Below, piece by piece: positions 8,899-19,036 of a DNA stretch of 51,074 bases. The notes beneath the pieces were generated by a model. It did not search any database and was not told the origin of the DNA. It was given only the letters and a program-made list of their open reading frames with translations. Source of the stretch: Coleofasciculus chthonoplastes F2-STO-03 (lineage in GTDB: Bacteria > Cyanobacteriota > Cyanobacteriia > Cyanobacteriales > Coleofasciculaceae); NCBI GenBank assembly GCA_040222015.1, contig JAVJWO010000111.1, positions 1-51,074 on the forward strand, read 5' to 3'. The position numbers were made by a program, and so were the translations under genes. Within the stretch, counting starts at the first letter, position 1; every line of letters starts with the position of its first letter.

Positions 8899-9809
8899 TG
8901 CGCTGGGTTGATATCGACCAATTACAGCTTCCCGATGGATGGCAGGCACGAGCTGATAAAGCTCTTAATGAGCTACGACAAGAAATAGAACGTGCGGAAC
9001 AAGAAGCTCGCTCCACTGGCAAAGACATTCGTGTCGCAAGAAGGAAGGCAATTTCGGAAGGATTAGATAAGAGTTCACGCAAAAAAAATTGGCGAGAGTT
9101 AGCTCCTTATTTAGCGAAACTCCGTCATGGCAAATGTTGGTATTCAGAGAGTTTAAATCCAGGTTCTAATAAGGACGTTGATCACTTTCGTCCTAAAAAT
9201 CGAGTCTGTGAAGATCCTGACCACGAAGGCTATTGGTGGCTTGCATTTGATTGGCGCAACTATCGCTACTCTTGTCAATGGTGCAATCAGCGTCGTGTTG
9301 ATACAGCAAACAGTACAGATGGAGGAAAGTGGGATCAATTTCCAGTTTCTGGAACTTTCAGAGCTAGGCAAGAAGGAGAAAATTTTGAAATGGAAGACGT
9401 TGATCTTCTTGATCCAATCGATCCAGAAGACTGGAAGCTACTCACTTTTCGCCCTGATGGTCAGCCTACTCCTGCACAACCTCAGGGTACAAGAGAGCAT
9501 AAAAGAGCGGATATTTCTATTCAGATCTATCATCTTCATTACCAAGAATTTGTCCGTGAGCGCAAAAGTTTGGCTACAAGAATTCGTTTGTTGATAGAAC
9601 GTATGGAAATTTTATATTCAAAAATAACAGATCCTACAATGAGAAAACTTTATAAAGATAGCCAAAAAGAACTATTTCGGCTTATTGATCGAGACTCTGA
9701 ATATTCGTCAGCAGCCTTAGCTTATGCAAGGTTTGAAGTTTACAAAATGGAACGTGGTCATCAGGTAAAACGAGAATGGCTCGAAAAAATTTTGAATTTA
9801 AGTCCGTAA
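8898..9809 (+). CDS. HNH endonuclease, Septu PtuB/retron-effector-like
   Basis: KCWYSE..DVDHFRPK..GYWWLAFDWRNYRYSCQWCN..KWDQFPV..LLDP. Its ATG overlaps the upstream TAA (TAATG). Confidence 0.88.
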   Translation: MRWVDIDQLQLPDGWQARADKALNELRQEIERAEQEARSTGKDIRVARRKAISEGLDKSSRKKNWRELAPYLAKLRHGKCWYSESLNPGSNKDVDHFRPKNRVCEDPDHEGYWWLAFDWRNYRYSCQWCNQRRVDTANSTDGGKWDQFPVSGTFRARQEGENFEMEDVDLLDPIDPEDWKLLTFRPDGQPTPAQPQGTREHKRADISIQIYHLHYQEFVRERKSLATRIRLLIERMEILYSKITDPTMRKLYKDSQKELFRLIDRDSEYSSAALAYARFEVYKMERGHQVKREWLEKILNLSP

Positions 9810-10056
9810 GTATAAAATATAACTGGAGAGCGATGCAAGGAAAGTCCTATTTTGACTGGCGCTTCAACTTGGCTGGCTTCGGTGTGCGCCAAAATCATTT
9901 TCACGGCGATAGCGCAGCCGCACCCACAACACTTGGGTAATCTGTCCTTTTTGTTCTTTGGTTAGGACATTGTAAACTGACTTAATAGTTCAATTGTACT
10001 ACAAAGGTGGTAGTCCCACGAGCTATCTTTTTTTGTCAATGTGTCAGTTCTGAAAT

Positions 10057-10530
10057 CTACGGATTCTTATGTTCGCAAGCGCCAATACTCACCCAGGTAC
10101 TGGCACCATCTTGATAGTGTTCTTTTTTCCAGATGGGAGCGTTATGTTTTAAAGTATCAATGGCATATTTACAAGCGGCAAAGGCTTCGGAACGATGGGG
10201 ACAGCCAATGGCAACTAAGACGCTAATTTCGCCAATTTGTAGACGTCCGATGCGATGATGAATAACGACGCGATTGACATCAGCCCAAGTCTGTCGAATG
10301 TCGTGGGCAATGGTGGCAAAGACGCGCAATGCCATGGGTTCGTAGGCTTGATATTCCAGGGACACCACGGGTTTGTCGTCGGTTTGGTTACGGACGGTGC
10401 CACTCATGACGACGACAGCACCATTGGCGGGATCATCGGCGAGGGTATAGACATCGGCGAGGGATAGGGGGGCAAAGGTGATGGCAAAGTTATCATGGGT
10501 TTGCAGTTTTTGGGGAGAGGCTAGAGACAT
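10057..10530 (-). CDS. moaE: Molybdopterin synthase catalytic subunit
   Basis: GAVVVMSGTVRN, LEYQAYEPMA, HHRIGRLQIGE and LKHNAPIWKKEH. Confidence 0.96.
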   Translation of the reverse strand: MSLASPQKLQTHDNFAITFAPLSLADVYTLADDPANGAVVVMSGTVRNQTDDKPVVSLEYQAYEPMALRVFATIAHDIRQTWADVNRVVIHHRIGRLQIGEISVLVAIGCPHRSEAFAACKYAIDTLKHNAPIWKKEHYQDGASTWVSIGACEHKNP

Positions 10531-10700
10531 GGCGACTTTGGGGGTAAATGGAGAACATTTTCTTTTTACCGTACAAGTGCAGGGAGATTCACGCTTCCGG
10601 TCAACAGAAACGACAGATTGCTTGAATTCAGGCAGTTGTAGCTACCACCATAGAGGGTTATCTTGAACGACTCTGGCAACCCCGTACCAGAAGACGCCTT

Positions 10701-10797
10701 CTCAATACTGTTCGGATCAGTCTCTACAGGCTCCCAGACGTAGCATGAAAAGTCTCTACATGGCTCCCTCTGCTTGCCTTAATCGAACAGTATTGAG
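10701..10797. mobile_element. 97-bp MITE-like element with perfect 14-bp TIRs CTCAATACTGTTCG/CGAACAGTATTGAG
   Basis: Inverted repeats read directly. Two internal GTCTCTACA REP half-sites. Confidence 0.7.
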
Positions 10798-11075
10798 GTC
10801 TATTGTGCTACTTAGAGTCACCACAGCTTATACAATTACAATGACCAGAGGATGCATTAAGGGATGCTAAGCGTGATATAACGTTTTGAGGATAGTAGCA
10901 TTCTGAAGGGTTGTGGTGAGTTTGGGGCAATCGATAATAAGCTGTAAACTAATTTAGCTGATCTCTTGCTGACTTACTGATAATTGTGCTTAATGACTAA
11001 TCTATGCGGCATCTCCTCCAAGACTTATTCTCTTATGTCCAATCTGTTGTCTAACAGCTCTATTGCAGGGTTTTA

Positions 11076-11339
11076 ATGGAAACCTATCTAAATCATCCCA
11101 CCTTTGGTTTACTCTTTCGTGTTTGCATGGTTGAAGACAACCAGGAACTGTTCACTACCCTTTACGCCCAGCGTCTATTTTTTTTGGTGACGACAGGCTC
11201 GAATGGTTTGGCGTTTGAACCGATTAGTCGTTCAGATGCTCGTCATTTGGTGGAAAATCGTCTCCGCATTCTCCGTCGTATGGGTGCATCCAAAGATTTT
11301 GAGCAGCTTCAGAAAATTCATAAGCAAACATTCCAATGA
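11076..11339 (+). CDS. pipX: PII-interacting protein X (NtcA coactivator)
   Basis: ETYLNHPTFGLLFRVC..ELFTTLYAQRLFFLV, and synteny with pipY-sepF-proC. Confidence 0.96.
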   Translation: METYLNHPTFGLLFRVCMVEDNQELFTTLYAQRLFFLVTTGSNGLAFEPISRSDARHLVENRLRILRRMGASKDFEQLQKIHKQTFQ

Positions 11340-11409
11340 GCAGTAGCGGTTTGTTTTTGGATGATTCACTCTCTCTCGTGACTCCCTTATTGCTCATCTC
11401 ACATCAATC

Positions 11410-12081
11410 ATGACAGGCTCAATTACAGAACGTATTGCTCAGATTTGCCAACAGCTACCGCCCGACGTGCGGTTAATTGCTGTGACTAAACGAGTGTCGG
11501 TAGAGGCGATGCGCGAAGCCTATCAAGCTGGCGTGCGAGATTTTGGCGAGAGCCAAGTTCAAGAGGCGGCGGCTAAACAGGATGAACTGCAAGATTTGCC
11601 TGACATTACCTGGCATTTGATCGGACATCTTCAGAGCAATAAGGTAAAAAAAGCTTTAACTCAATTTCAGTGGATTCATTCCTGTGACAGCCTCAAGTTA
11701 GCCCAGCGACTGAATCAATTAGCTTGTGAGTTGGCTGTCACTCCCCAAATCTGTCTCCAAGTCAAAATTATGCCTGATCCCCATAAATACGGTTGGACGA
11801 TACCGGAATTGCTAGAGGCTTTACCTGAACTGGATCAGTGTAAGGCGTTGCAAATTCAAGGATTAATGACGATTCCACCGTTGGGATTGTCCCCCCAGGA
11901 GACTCTGGGTGTCTTTGAGCGGACTCGTGATCTGGCGAATGAAATTGGACAGCAAAATTGGTCGAATTTGCGAATTCATCAGCTTTCTATGGGAATGTCA
12001 GAGGATTACGCCCTAGCCATCCAAGCGGGGGCAACGATGGTACGACTCGGGCAGATTATTTTTGGTGAACGTGGGGAGTGA
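11410..12081 (+). CDS. pipY: YggS/PLPBP pyridoxal-phosphate homeostasis protein
   Basis: LIAVTK, WHLIGHLQSNK, GLMTIPP and LSMGMSEDY..GATMVRLG. Confidence 0.95.
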   Translation: MTGSITERIAQICQQLPPDVRLIAVTKRVSVEAMREAYQAGVRDFGESQVQEAAAKQDELQDLPDITWHLIGHLQSNKVKKALTQFQWIHSCDSLKLAQRLNQLACELAVTPQICLQVKIMPDPHKYGWTIPELLEALPELDQCKALQIQGLMTIPPLGLSPQETLGVFERTRDLANEIGQQNWSNLRIHQLSMGMSEDYALAIQAGATMVRLGQIIFGERGE

Positions 12082-13165
12082 CATCCTCCTACACCGAATC
12101 GAAGATTACGGTGTAGGCTTCCTTACCTCACGATAAGGCATTGCTCCCCTACGCCATTTATCTAGGCTCATCGCCCCCGACACCTCGACTTGAGAGCCAA
12201 TTTCTTGCTTTTCCAGAGTCCCTGGATACGTTTCTAGTCCACGATTGAGCAGTTCTTGAGCCGAAGCGATATCTCTGTCCACTTCTTGGAACGCTTCTGT
12301 TTCTTCGCTAACCGACGTTGTAGCACTTTAAGCCGACTTTGTTCGGTTTTGAAGAATTTGCGTCCAGGCTCAGAGTAGCCATCGCTGGTTGCCAAGTAGG
12401 AAAGCAGTCCCACATCAACTCCAATGGCATGACCATGAGGGGAAGGTTCTGGAATCTCGACATCTGAGTACAGACAGATAACTGCAAACCATCCCATCGC
12501 CTTTTTGACCATCCGCACTTGTTTGACTACAAACCCGTCAGGGATAGGTCGATGCAGGTTGATTTCGACTTTCCCTAATTTGGGAAGTTGAATATGCCAA
12601 CCTGTAATCGGGTTGGTTTTGAACTGCGGGAATACCATCGACTTCATTTGTCCTACTTTCTTGAAGCGAGGAAAACCATATCCCCTCTGCCTGAAAAAGT
12701 CCCAAGCGTCATGCAACCTTCTAATGTTAGTCTGCAAAACTTGGGAGGGAACAGATTTGAGCCGAGGAAATTCTTTCTTGGCTGATGGTAGATTGTTTTG
12801 TTGTTGGTGGTAACTAGGGAATGGGTAGTCAGCACTCATAATGTACTCAGATTCCAAGCTACACCGATCTATTGGACACTTGCGAGAAGCAATCCAATCC
12901 TTGAGTTCCCGTAACCCATAGTTATAGGACACCCGCAGCGTTTCCAACCACTCATCGAGAAGTTGGGTTTGCTGTTGGTCGGGTTTGATACGGTAGGTGT
13001 AGTTTAGAATCATGACTAGATTCTACCACTCTTTTCTCAAAATGGTAAACGTCAACTTAGGGGGCATCGAACCCCGCTCAATTGACTTGGGGAGTGAAGG
13101 CATCCCAACGCCAAATCAGAGATTATGGCGTAGGACTTATAGCTCCCCAAACCCCTCGTCAGTTA
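12078..13165 (-). mobile_element. Non-autonomous IS200/IS605-family element carrying a truncated tnpB (left boundary approximate, 13160-13185)
   Basis: Right end ...GGAGGATGTCAC with a subterminal hairpin, a related left-end hairpin at about 13108-13131, and no tnpA. Confidence 0.88.
12234..13013 (-). pseudogene. tnpB: TnpB RNA-guided nuclease, internally deleted
   Basis: YTYRIKP HTH start, GFPRFKK, RuvC-I AIGVDVGL and LQRRLAKKQKRSKKW are present. RuvC-II, the zinc finger and RuvC-III are absent (259 aa). Confidence 0.88.
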
Positions 13166-13502
13166 AGTCGGCGAGGAATGGAGCGATTAATTAGCATCAT
13201 GAGTAAGCAACTGCTGTATAGTGCCAAAATAACTCTTATGATAAGTATTGTCTTGTAAGTAATCCCTGAGTGTTTTCACCGTTATGGGCATAGAACTACC
13301 CGTTTGATTAGAAGCGAGTGTATACTAAGGGCTTACTTTTGACAAGCTCCGGTGGTAGGAAATGTTAGGCGATCGCGGGGTAAGCTAGCCGTTTGCTTGG
13401 GGTTTCGGTCTCAACCCGCAAGAGTTAAAGACTGATACCTCAACGAGGGTCGATTTTAGCGTTTCCCGACAAATCCTAAAGTTGTGATGGAGAGTAGTTC
13501 CA

Positions 13503-14087
13503 ATGAACAATATTTTTAACAAGCTGCGAGATTTTGTGGTCGGTCCCAATGATCCCGAATATGAGTATGAATACGAGGACGTGGATGGAGAGACCTATCA
13601 AAATCTATATCAGCAAGAACCACCTATGCCAGCGCCTGCGGAGGAAGAACGTCCTCCTCGACGTCGGGTTCGGGAACGTCCCGTTGTAGGATCGGATTCA
13701 GGAATGGGAGCGGTAAATATGAACAATGTGATTGGTATGCCGGGAGCGGTAAACGGGATTTCGGAAGTCGCCGTGATTGAGCCGCGTTCGTTTGAAGAAA
13801 TGCCCCAGGTGATTCAAGCCCTGAGAGAGCGCAAGTCAGTGGTTTTAAATCTAACCATGATGGACCCTGATCAAGCTCAACGAGCAGTGGATTTTGTCGC
13901 CGGCGGAACTTATGCGATCGACGGTCATCAAGAACGCATTGGTGAGAGTATTTTCCTATTTACACCAAGCTGTGTACAAGTAAGCACTCAATCGGGTGTC
14001 ATTCACGAAGTTGCTGAACAAACTCGTGCGTCACGTTCAGCGCCTCCTCCCAGTTGGACGTCTGAGCCGGAACGTATGGCTCAGTAA
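13503..14087 (+). CDS. sepF: Cell division protein SepF
   Basis: [43 protein letters not shown]. Confidence 0.96.
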   Translation: MNNIFNKLRDFVVGPNDPEYEYEYEDVDGETYQNLYQQEPPMPAPAEEERPPRRRVRERPVVGSDSGMGAVNMNNVIGMPGAVNGISEVAVIEPRSFEEMPQVIQALRERKSVVLNLTMMDPDQAQRAVDFVAGGTYAIDGHQERIGESIFLFTPSCVQVSTQSGVIHEVAEQTRASRSAPPPSWTSEPERMAQ

Positions 14088-14138
14088 TTCAATTGAGATT
14101 GTCGAAAAGCGAATGTCCGTTCACTAAAGGAAGGGTGG

Positions 14139-14960
14139 GTGTCTATCAAACTTGGCATAATCGGCGGCGGGGTAATGGGAGAAGCGATCTTATCCCGCCT
14201 GATCGCACAGCAAGTTTATCGCCCTGATCAGGTGCTGGTTAGTGATCCTCAAGCCCAGCGACGAGAGGATTTAAGCCAACGCTATGGGGTTAATGTCACC
14301 TCAGATAATGGGGTGACGGCGAAAGCTGAGGAGGTTTTACTTTTGGCAATTAAACCTCAAGTGTTTAAGGCGGTAGCGAGTGACTTGGTGTCCAACGATG
14401 ACAATTATTCCCCAGCTTCGGAAAACCTACCCGTAGTGATTTCGATTTTAGCGGGTGTATCTTTAGGGAAGCTCGAAGCCGCTTTTGAGCATCAGCCAGT
14501 CATTCGGGCGATGCCCAATACCCCAGCCACGGTAGGAGCCGGAATAACCGCGATCGCACCTGGAAAAACTGTCACCGCTAATCATCTGGAGGTGGCAAAA
14601 ACCCTTTTGGGTGCAGTGGGCGAAGTGGTAGAGGTGTCGGAATCCTTAATGGATGCTGTCACCGGATTATCGGGCTCCGGACCGGCTTATGTGGCAGTAA
14701 TGATTGAAGCCTTAGCTGACGGGGGTGTCGCCGCCGGATTACCTAGAGCGATCGCGTCTAAATTAGCACTTTCGACGGTATGGGGAACAGCACAACTGTT
14801 GCAGGATAAACAACTTCACCCCGCTCAGCTTAAAGACCAAGTGACGAGTCCAGGTGGCACTACAATTGCGGGAGTGGCTGAATTAGAGCGTTCTGGTTTC
14901 CGTTCGGCACTGATAGAAGCGGTACAAGCCGCTTATCGGCGCTCTCAACAACTGGGCTAA
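14139..14960 (+). CDS. proC: Pyrroline-5-carboxylate reductase
   Basis: IIGGGVMG, RAMPNTP, GLSGSGPAY and VTSPGGTTIAG. Confidence 0.97.
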   Translation: MSIKLGIIGGGVMGEAILSRLIAQQVYRPDQVLVSDPQAQRREDLSQRYGVNVTSDNGVTAKAEEVLLLAIKPQVFKAVASDLVSNDDNYSPASENLPVVISILAGVSLGKLEAAFEHQPVIRAMPNTPATVGAGITAIAPGKTVTANHLEVAKTLLGAVGEVVEVSESLMDAVTGLSGSGPAYVAVMIEALADGGVAAGLPRAIASKLALSTVWGTAQLLQDKQLHPAQLKDQVTSPGGTTIAGVAELERSGFRSALIEAVQAAYRRSQQLG

Positions 14961-15105
14961 TAATCAGGGTAAGCTCATCTAATTGGGTATAAATTATACT
15001 TGACAATGAAAGTTGAGTTAACCAACTATTCGGCTCAGGATTGTTGTTTAATCCCGATAGTCGGTAAAATTATTAAAGAATAATTTAGCTCCAGTCATTT
15101 ACCTA

Positions 15106-16152
15106 ATGCTGAAAAATTATCCGCTCAAGCGCCGGAAATTTATGCAAATTAGCTCCCTGGTTCTTGGGAGTAGTATTTTGGCAGCTTGTACCCCGACAAA
15201 CACGACATCATCCACTTCGGAATCACCGGGAAACCTAGATAAAATTAAATTTAGTCTGAGTTGGAAAGCTGAAGCCGAGTATGGAGGATTCTATCAGGCA
15301 TTCGCGACCGGAATTTATCGCCAACATGGTCTAGATGTCACCATTAAACCAGCAAGTCCTCAAACCAATACTACCCAATTACTCATGGGAGGTGTGGTTG
15401 ATTTTAGTATGGGAAGTGGGGTTAATGCCATCCAAGCCATACAACAAGGAATTCCCAAAGTCACAGTTGCCGCTATTTTCCAAAAAGAAATAAAAGTTTT
15501 ATTAACTCACCCCGGAGTAGGGAATGACTCCTTTGCTGATTTAAAAGGTAAACCAATTTTTATCAGTCCTGGCTCAATTTATTGGCCCTTTTTGAAGGCA
15601 AAGTATGGCTTCACTGATGCTCAAATACGACCGTACAACTTCAATGTTAGTCCATTTTTAGTCGATCAGAATTCAGCGCAACAAGGACTTTTGACATCGG
15701 AACCCTACACAATTGAAAAAGAAGGAGGATTTAAACCCAATATTTTACTTTTAGCCGATGTTGGATACAATCCTTATACATTTACGATCGAAACGACGAA
15801 GAAGTTAGTCGAAACCAATCCAGATTTAGTCCAGCGGTTTGTGGATGCCTCAATTAAGGGATGGTATAGCTATCTAGAAAACCCTGAACCCGCCAATCAA
15901 CTGATTAAACAAGATAATCCCGAAATGACAGATGACTTGATTGCCTATGGTCTAAATAAGCTCAAAGACTATAATATCATTCTCTCCGGGGATGCCGAAA
16001 CCCTGGGAATTGGTGCCATGACTGACAAACGCTGGGAAGGCTTATTTAATGAATTAGCGGCAGTGGGAGTCTTCGACGGGAATACAGATTATCAACAGGC
16101 TTATACCCTAGAGTTTGTGAATAAAGGACTCGATTATTATTTATCACAGTAA
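15106..16152 (+). CDS. ABC transporter substrate-binding lipoprotein (NMT1/THI5-like)
   Basis: Twin-arginine signal KRRKF, lipobox LAAC, WKAEAEYGGFYQA..GLDV. Confidence 0.88.
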   Translation: MLKNYPLKRRKFMQISSLVLGSSILAACTPTNTTSSTSESPGNLDKIKFSLSWKAEAEYGGFYQAFATGIYRQHGLDVTIKPASPQTNTTQLLMGGVVDFSMGSGVNAIQAIQQGIPKVTVAAIFQKEIKVLLTHPGVGNDSFADLKGKPIFISPGSIYWPFLKAKYGFTDAQIRPYNFNVSPFLVDQNSAQQGLLTSEPYTIEKEGGFKPNILLLADVGYNPYTFTIETTKKLVETNPDLVQRFVDASIKGWYSYLENPEPANQLIKQDNPEMTDDLIAYGLNKLKDYNIILSGDAETLGIGAMTDKRWEGLFNELAAVGVFDGNTDYQQAYTLEFVNKGLDYYLSQ

Positions 16153-16186
16153 TTTATCAACAGGTTAAAATCAAGGGAGCGATTGA

Positions 16187-16984
16187 TTGCTGATGAATTC
16201 CCAACCTTTAATTACTCTGAGTCAGGTCAACAAGTTCTTTGAGAATGGAATCCAGGCTTTAAAAAACTTAAATTTGACGATTAGTCCCGGTGAATTTATG
16301 AGTTTAGTCGGACCATCGGGATGTGGAAAAAGTACCTTACTCCGCATAATTGCCGGACTGACGACTCAGAATTCAGGAACAATTCAGTGGCGCGATCAGC
16401 CAAGCTATTCCCCAGGAAATCCCACAGATCAAGAAAGTTTGGCGTTTGTGTTCCAAGAACCGGCACTCATGCCTTGGGCAACTGTCAGGGGCAATGTCCG
16501 TTTACCCCTAAAATTGACAGGAATGCCGAAAAAAGACGCCGATTATGCCATTAAGGAAGCTCTCCAATTAGTCGGACTGGAACGCTTTGCCAAATCCTAT
16601 CCACGTCAGCTTTCGGGTGGGATGAAAATGCGTGTATCAATTGCCAGAGCCCTAGTTACCTCTCCCACAGTCTTGCTTATGGATGAACCCTTTGGTGCAT
16701 TAGATGATATTACCCGAACTCAGTTAAATGTCGAGTTACTTTCTTTATGGCGTCAACAACATTGGACAATTATTTTTGTCACGCACAATATATATGAAGC
16801 CGTTTATCTATCAAACCGGGTAGTGGTGATGGCACCGAGTCCGGGTCGAGTAATCAGCGATATCACCATTGAGGAACCTTATCCACGTTCTGAAGCATTT
16901 CGCACCTCCGTAGATTATGTACAATATTGCCAGCAAGTAGCCAGTGAATTATCGAAAGGCATGATGGCTGAAGGCTCTATTTAA
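16187..16984 (+). CDS. ABC transporter ATP-binding protein (TauB/SsuB-like)
   Basis: GPSGCGKST, LSGGMKMR, LLMDEPFGALD and FVTH. Confidence 0.93.
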   Translation: MLMNSQPLITLSQVNKFFENGIQALKNLNLTISPGEFMSLVGPSGCGKSTLLRIIAGLTTQNSGTIQWRDQPSYSPGNPTDQESLAFVFQEPALMPWATVRGNVRLPLKLTGMPKKDADYAIKEALQLVGLERFAKSYPRQLSGGMKMRVSIARALVTSPTVLLMDEPFGALDDITRTQLNVELLSLWRQQHWTIIFVTHNIYEAVYLSNRVVVMAPSPGRVISDITIEEPYPRSEAFRTSVDYVQYCQQVASELSKGMMAEGSI

Positions 16985-17043
16985 TCGGAAGTTACCTTTA
17001 ATCACGATTTGAACCGATCGAGGATAATCATATAATCAACATC

Positions 17044-17865
17044 ATGAAAAAGGTTGTCGGGAAAAAACTGCGGTTAAACTATTTATTCTCTCTGGAGTTG
17101 ATGGCTCCGGTTGTGGTGGGAATCTTGGTTTTACTAGCTTGGGAAATTTCGGTTAAAATAACTAAAATCCCCCCTTACTTATTGCCAAGTCCTAGTCTGA
17201 TTCTGAAGACATTAATCAGTGATTGGTTATTGTTATTTCCCGCCTTGATCGTTACCTTAAAGATTACCGTGGTGGCTTTTGTCACGGCGGCAGTTTTAGG
17301 ATTATTGATTGCCATGTTAATGGCTCAGAGTAAATGGATTGAAAAAAGCTTATATCCTTATGCGGTAATCCTGCAAACAATGCCGATGGCAGCAATCGCG
17401 CCTTTAATTATTATTTGGCTGAGAAACAATACTTTTGTCGCGTTGGTTCTTTGTGCTTGGATTGTCGCTTTTTTCCCGATTATTTCTAATACCACATTCG
17501 GTCTTAATAGCGTTGATCGCAACTTGCGCGATCTATTTCGCCTCTATAAAGCCTCTCCTTGGCAAACTATGTTATATTTAAGACTGCCAAGTGCATTACC
17601 CTATTTTCTATCCGGCTTACGGATTAGTGGTGGATTATCATTAATTGGTGCCGTGGTGGCTGAATTTGTGGCGGGCACTGGGGGTACTGATTCAGGATTA
17701 GCTTATCAAATGCTGATTGCCAGTTACAATCTAGAAATTCCCCGAATGTTTGCGGCTTTAGTGATGATTAGCGGTCTAGGAATCTTGATTTTTATCCTCT
17801 TGACGACTGGCTCTAACTTACTGCTAGGTAAATGGCATGAAAGTTCTTTGAGAAGAGACCCCTAG
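17044..17865 (+). CDS. ABC transporter permease (TauC/SsuC-like)
   Basis: YLLPSP, LRLPSALPY, LIGAVVAEF and TM helices. Confidence 0.92.
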   Translation: MKKVVGKKLRLNYLFSLELMAPVVVGILVLLAWEISVKITKIPPYLLPSPSLILKTLISDWLLLFPALIVTLKITVVAFVTAAVLGLLIAMLMAQSKWIEKSLYPYAVILQTMPMAAIAPLIIIWLRNNTFVALVLCAWIVAFFPIISNTTFGLNSVDRNLRDLFRLYKASPWQTMLYLRLPSALPYFLSGLRISGGLSLIGAVVAEFVAGTGGTDSGLAYQMLIASYNLEIPRMFAALVMISGLGILIFILLTTGSNLLLGKWHESSLRRDP

Positions 17866-18041
17866 TAAACCCTATTTATCCAGAAACAAGGTTGATCAAA
17901 AAATAACAAATTATTTATCGCTAAAATTTATTAATTTTAAATGTTACCAAAAAATAAAATTAATGACATACATGAAAAGGAGTAATATTCTGCATTGAAT
18001 AATTACGAGTTCCCGGTTTTCCATCCCCTATTTTGTAGACG

Positions 18042-19001
18042 ATGCTGCCAAAGTATTCTTGGATTATTCCCATCTACAACGAAGAAGAAACTCTCAGGGA
18101 AATGTATCGTCGGATCAGCGCTGTCGCCGATCGCATGGATGGGTTGGTGGAATTTATTTTAATTAATGATGGCAGTCGCGATCGCTCCCTACAGATAATC
18201 CGGGAACTCCACCAGCAGGACAAGCGAGTTTGTTATCTTAGCTTAGCACGTAACTTTGGTCACCAGATTGCCGTAACGGCAGGTCTGAAGTTTGCCCGGG
18301 GTCAGGTTATTGTTGTCCTAGATGCGGATTTGCAAGATCCACCGGAGTTGATCCCCGATATGGTGGAAAAATGGCGGCAAGGTTATCAAGTGGTGTATGC
18401 ACAACGCATTAAACGTCGTCAGGAACGTTGGTTTAAACGCTTCACTGCTTATGTATTTTATCGTTTACTCAAGTCTCTAGCCGAGGTGGATATTCCCACA
18501 GATACCGGTGATTTTTGTTTAATGGATCGGCAAGTTGTAGATTTGCTCAATGCTATGCCCGAACAAAACCGCTACATTCGAGGCTTGCGATCGTGGGTAG
18601 GTTTTCCGCAGACTGCCATTCGGTTTGAACGTGATCCCCGTTTTGCTGGGGATGTTAAATACACCTTTCGTAAATCCCTAGGGTTAGCCGTGAACAGTTT
18701 AGTCTCATTCTCTAAAGTACCGTTACGACTATCCACGTATATTGGATTGCTGTCGGCGGCGTTAGCTTTATTCATGTCAGTGTTAGTCCTGTACTGGCGT
18801 TTAGCCTCACCTAATTCTCCCTTAACAGGATTTGCCACGATCGCGATCGCCATTTTCTTTCTGGGATCAGTTCAGCTAATCAGTATTGGCATATTAGGGG
18901 AATATATTGGGCGAATTTATGAAGAGGTCAAAGCCAGACCCCTTTACACCCTAGCAGAAGTAGGTGGTTTCCCTGATCACTCTAGATCCCCAATCCGTTA
19001 A
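18042..19001 (+). CDS. GT2 polyprenol-phosphate glycosyltransferase (GtrB/ArnC-like)
   Basis: [27 protein letters not shown], two C-terminal TMs and [15 protein letters not shown]. Confidence 0.93.
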   Translation: MLPKYSWIIPIYNEEETLREMYRRISAVADRMDGLVEFILINDGSRDRSLQIIRELHQQDKRVCYLSLARNFGHQIAVTAGLKFARGQVIVVLDADLQDPPELIPDMVEKWRQGYQVVYAQRIKRRQERWFKRFTAYVFYRLLKSLAEVDIPTDTGDFCLMDRQVVDLLNAMPEQNRYIRGLRSWVGFPQTAIRFERDPRFAGDVKYTFRKSLGLAVNSLVSFSKVPLRLSTYIGLLSAALALFMSVLVLYWRLASPNSPLTGFATIAIAIFFLGSVQLISIGILGEYIGRIYEEVKARPLYTLAEVGGFPDHSRSPIR

Positions 19002-19036
19002 TTTTGTCAACACTCTAGACTCAATAAACATTCAAA

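Noticed and set aside
3525..9950. Retron (ATPase+HNH effectors are typical of type I-A retrons)
   Set aside because: No reverse transcriptase ORF and no recognisable msr-msd inverted repeats near the operon.
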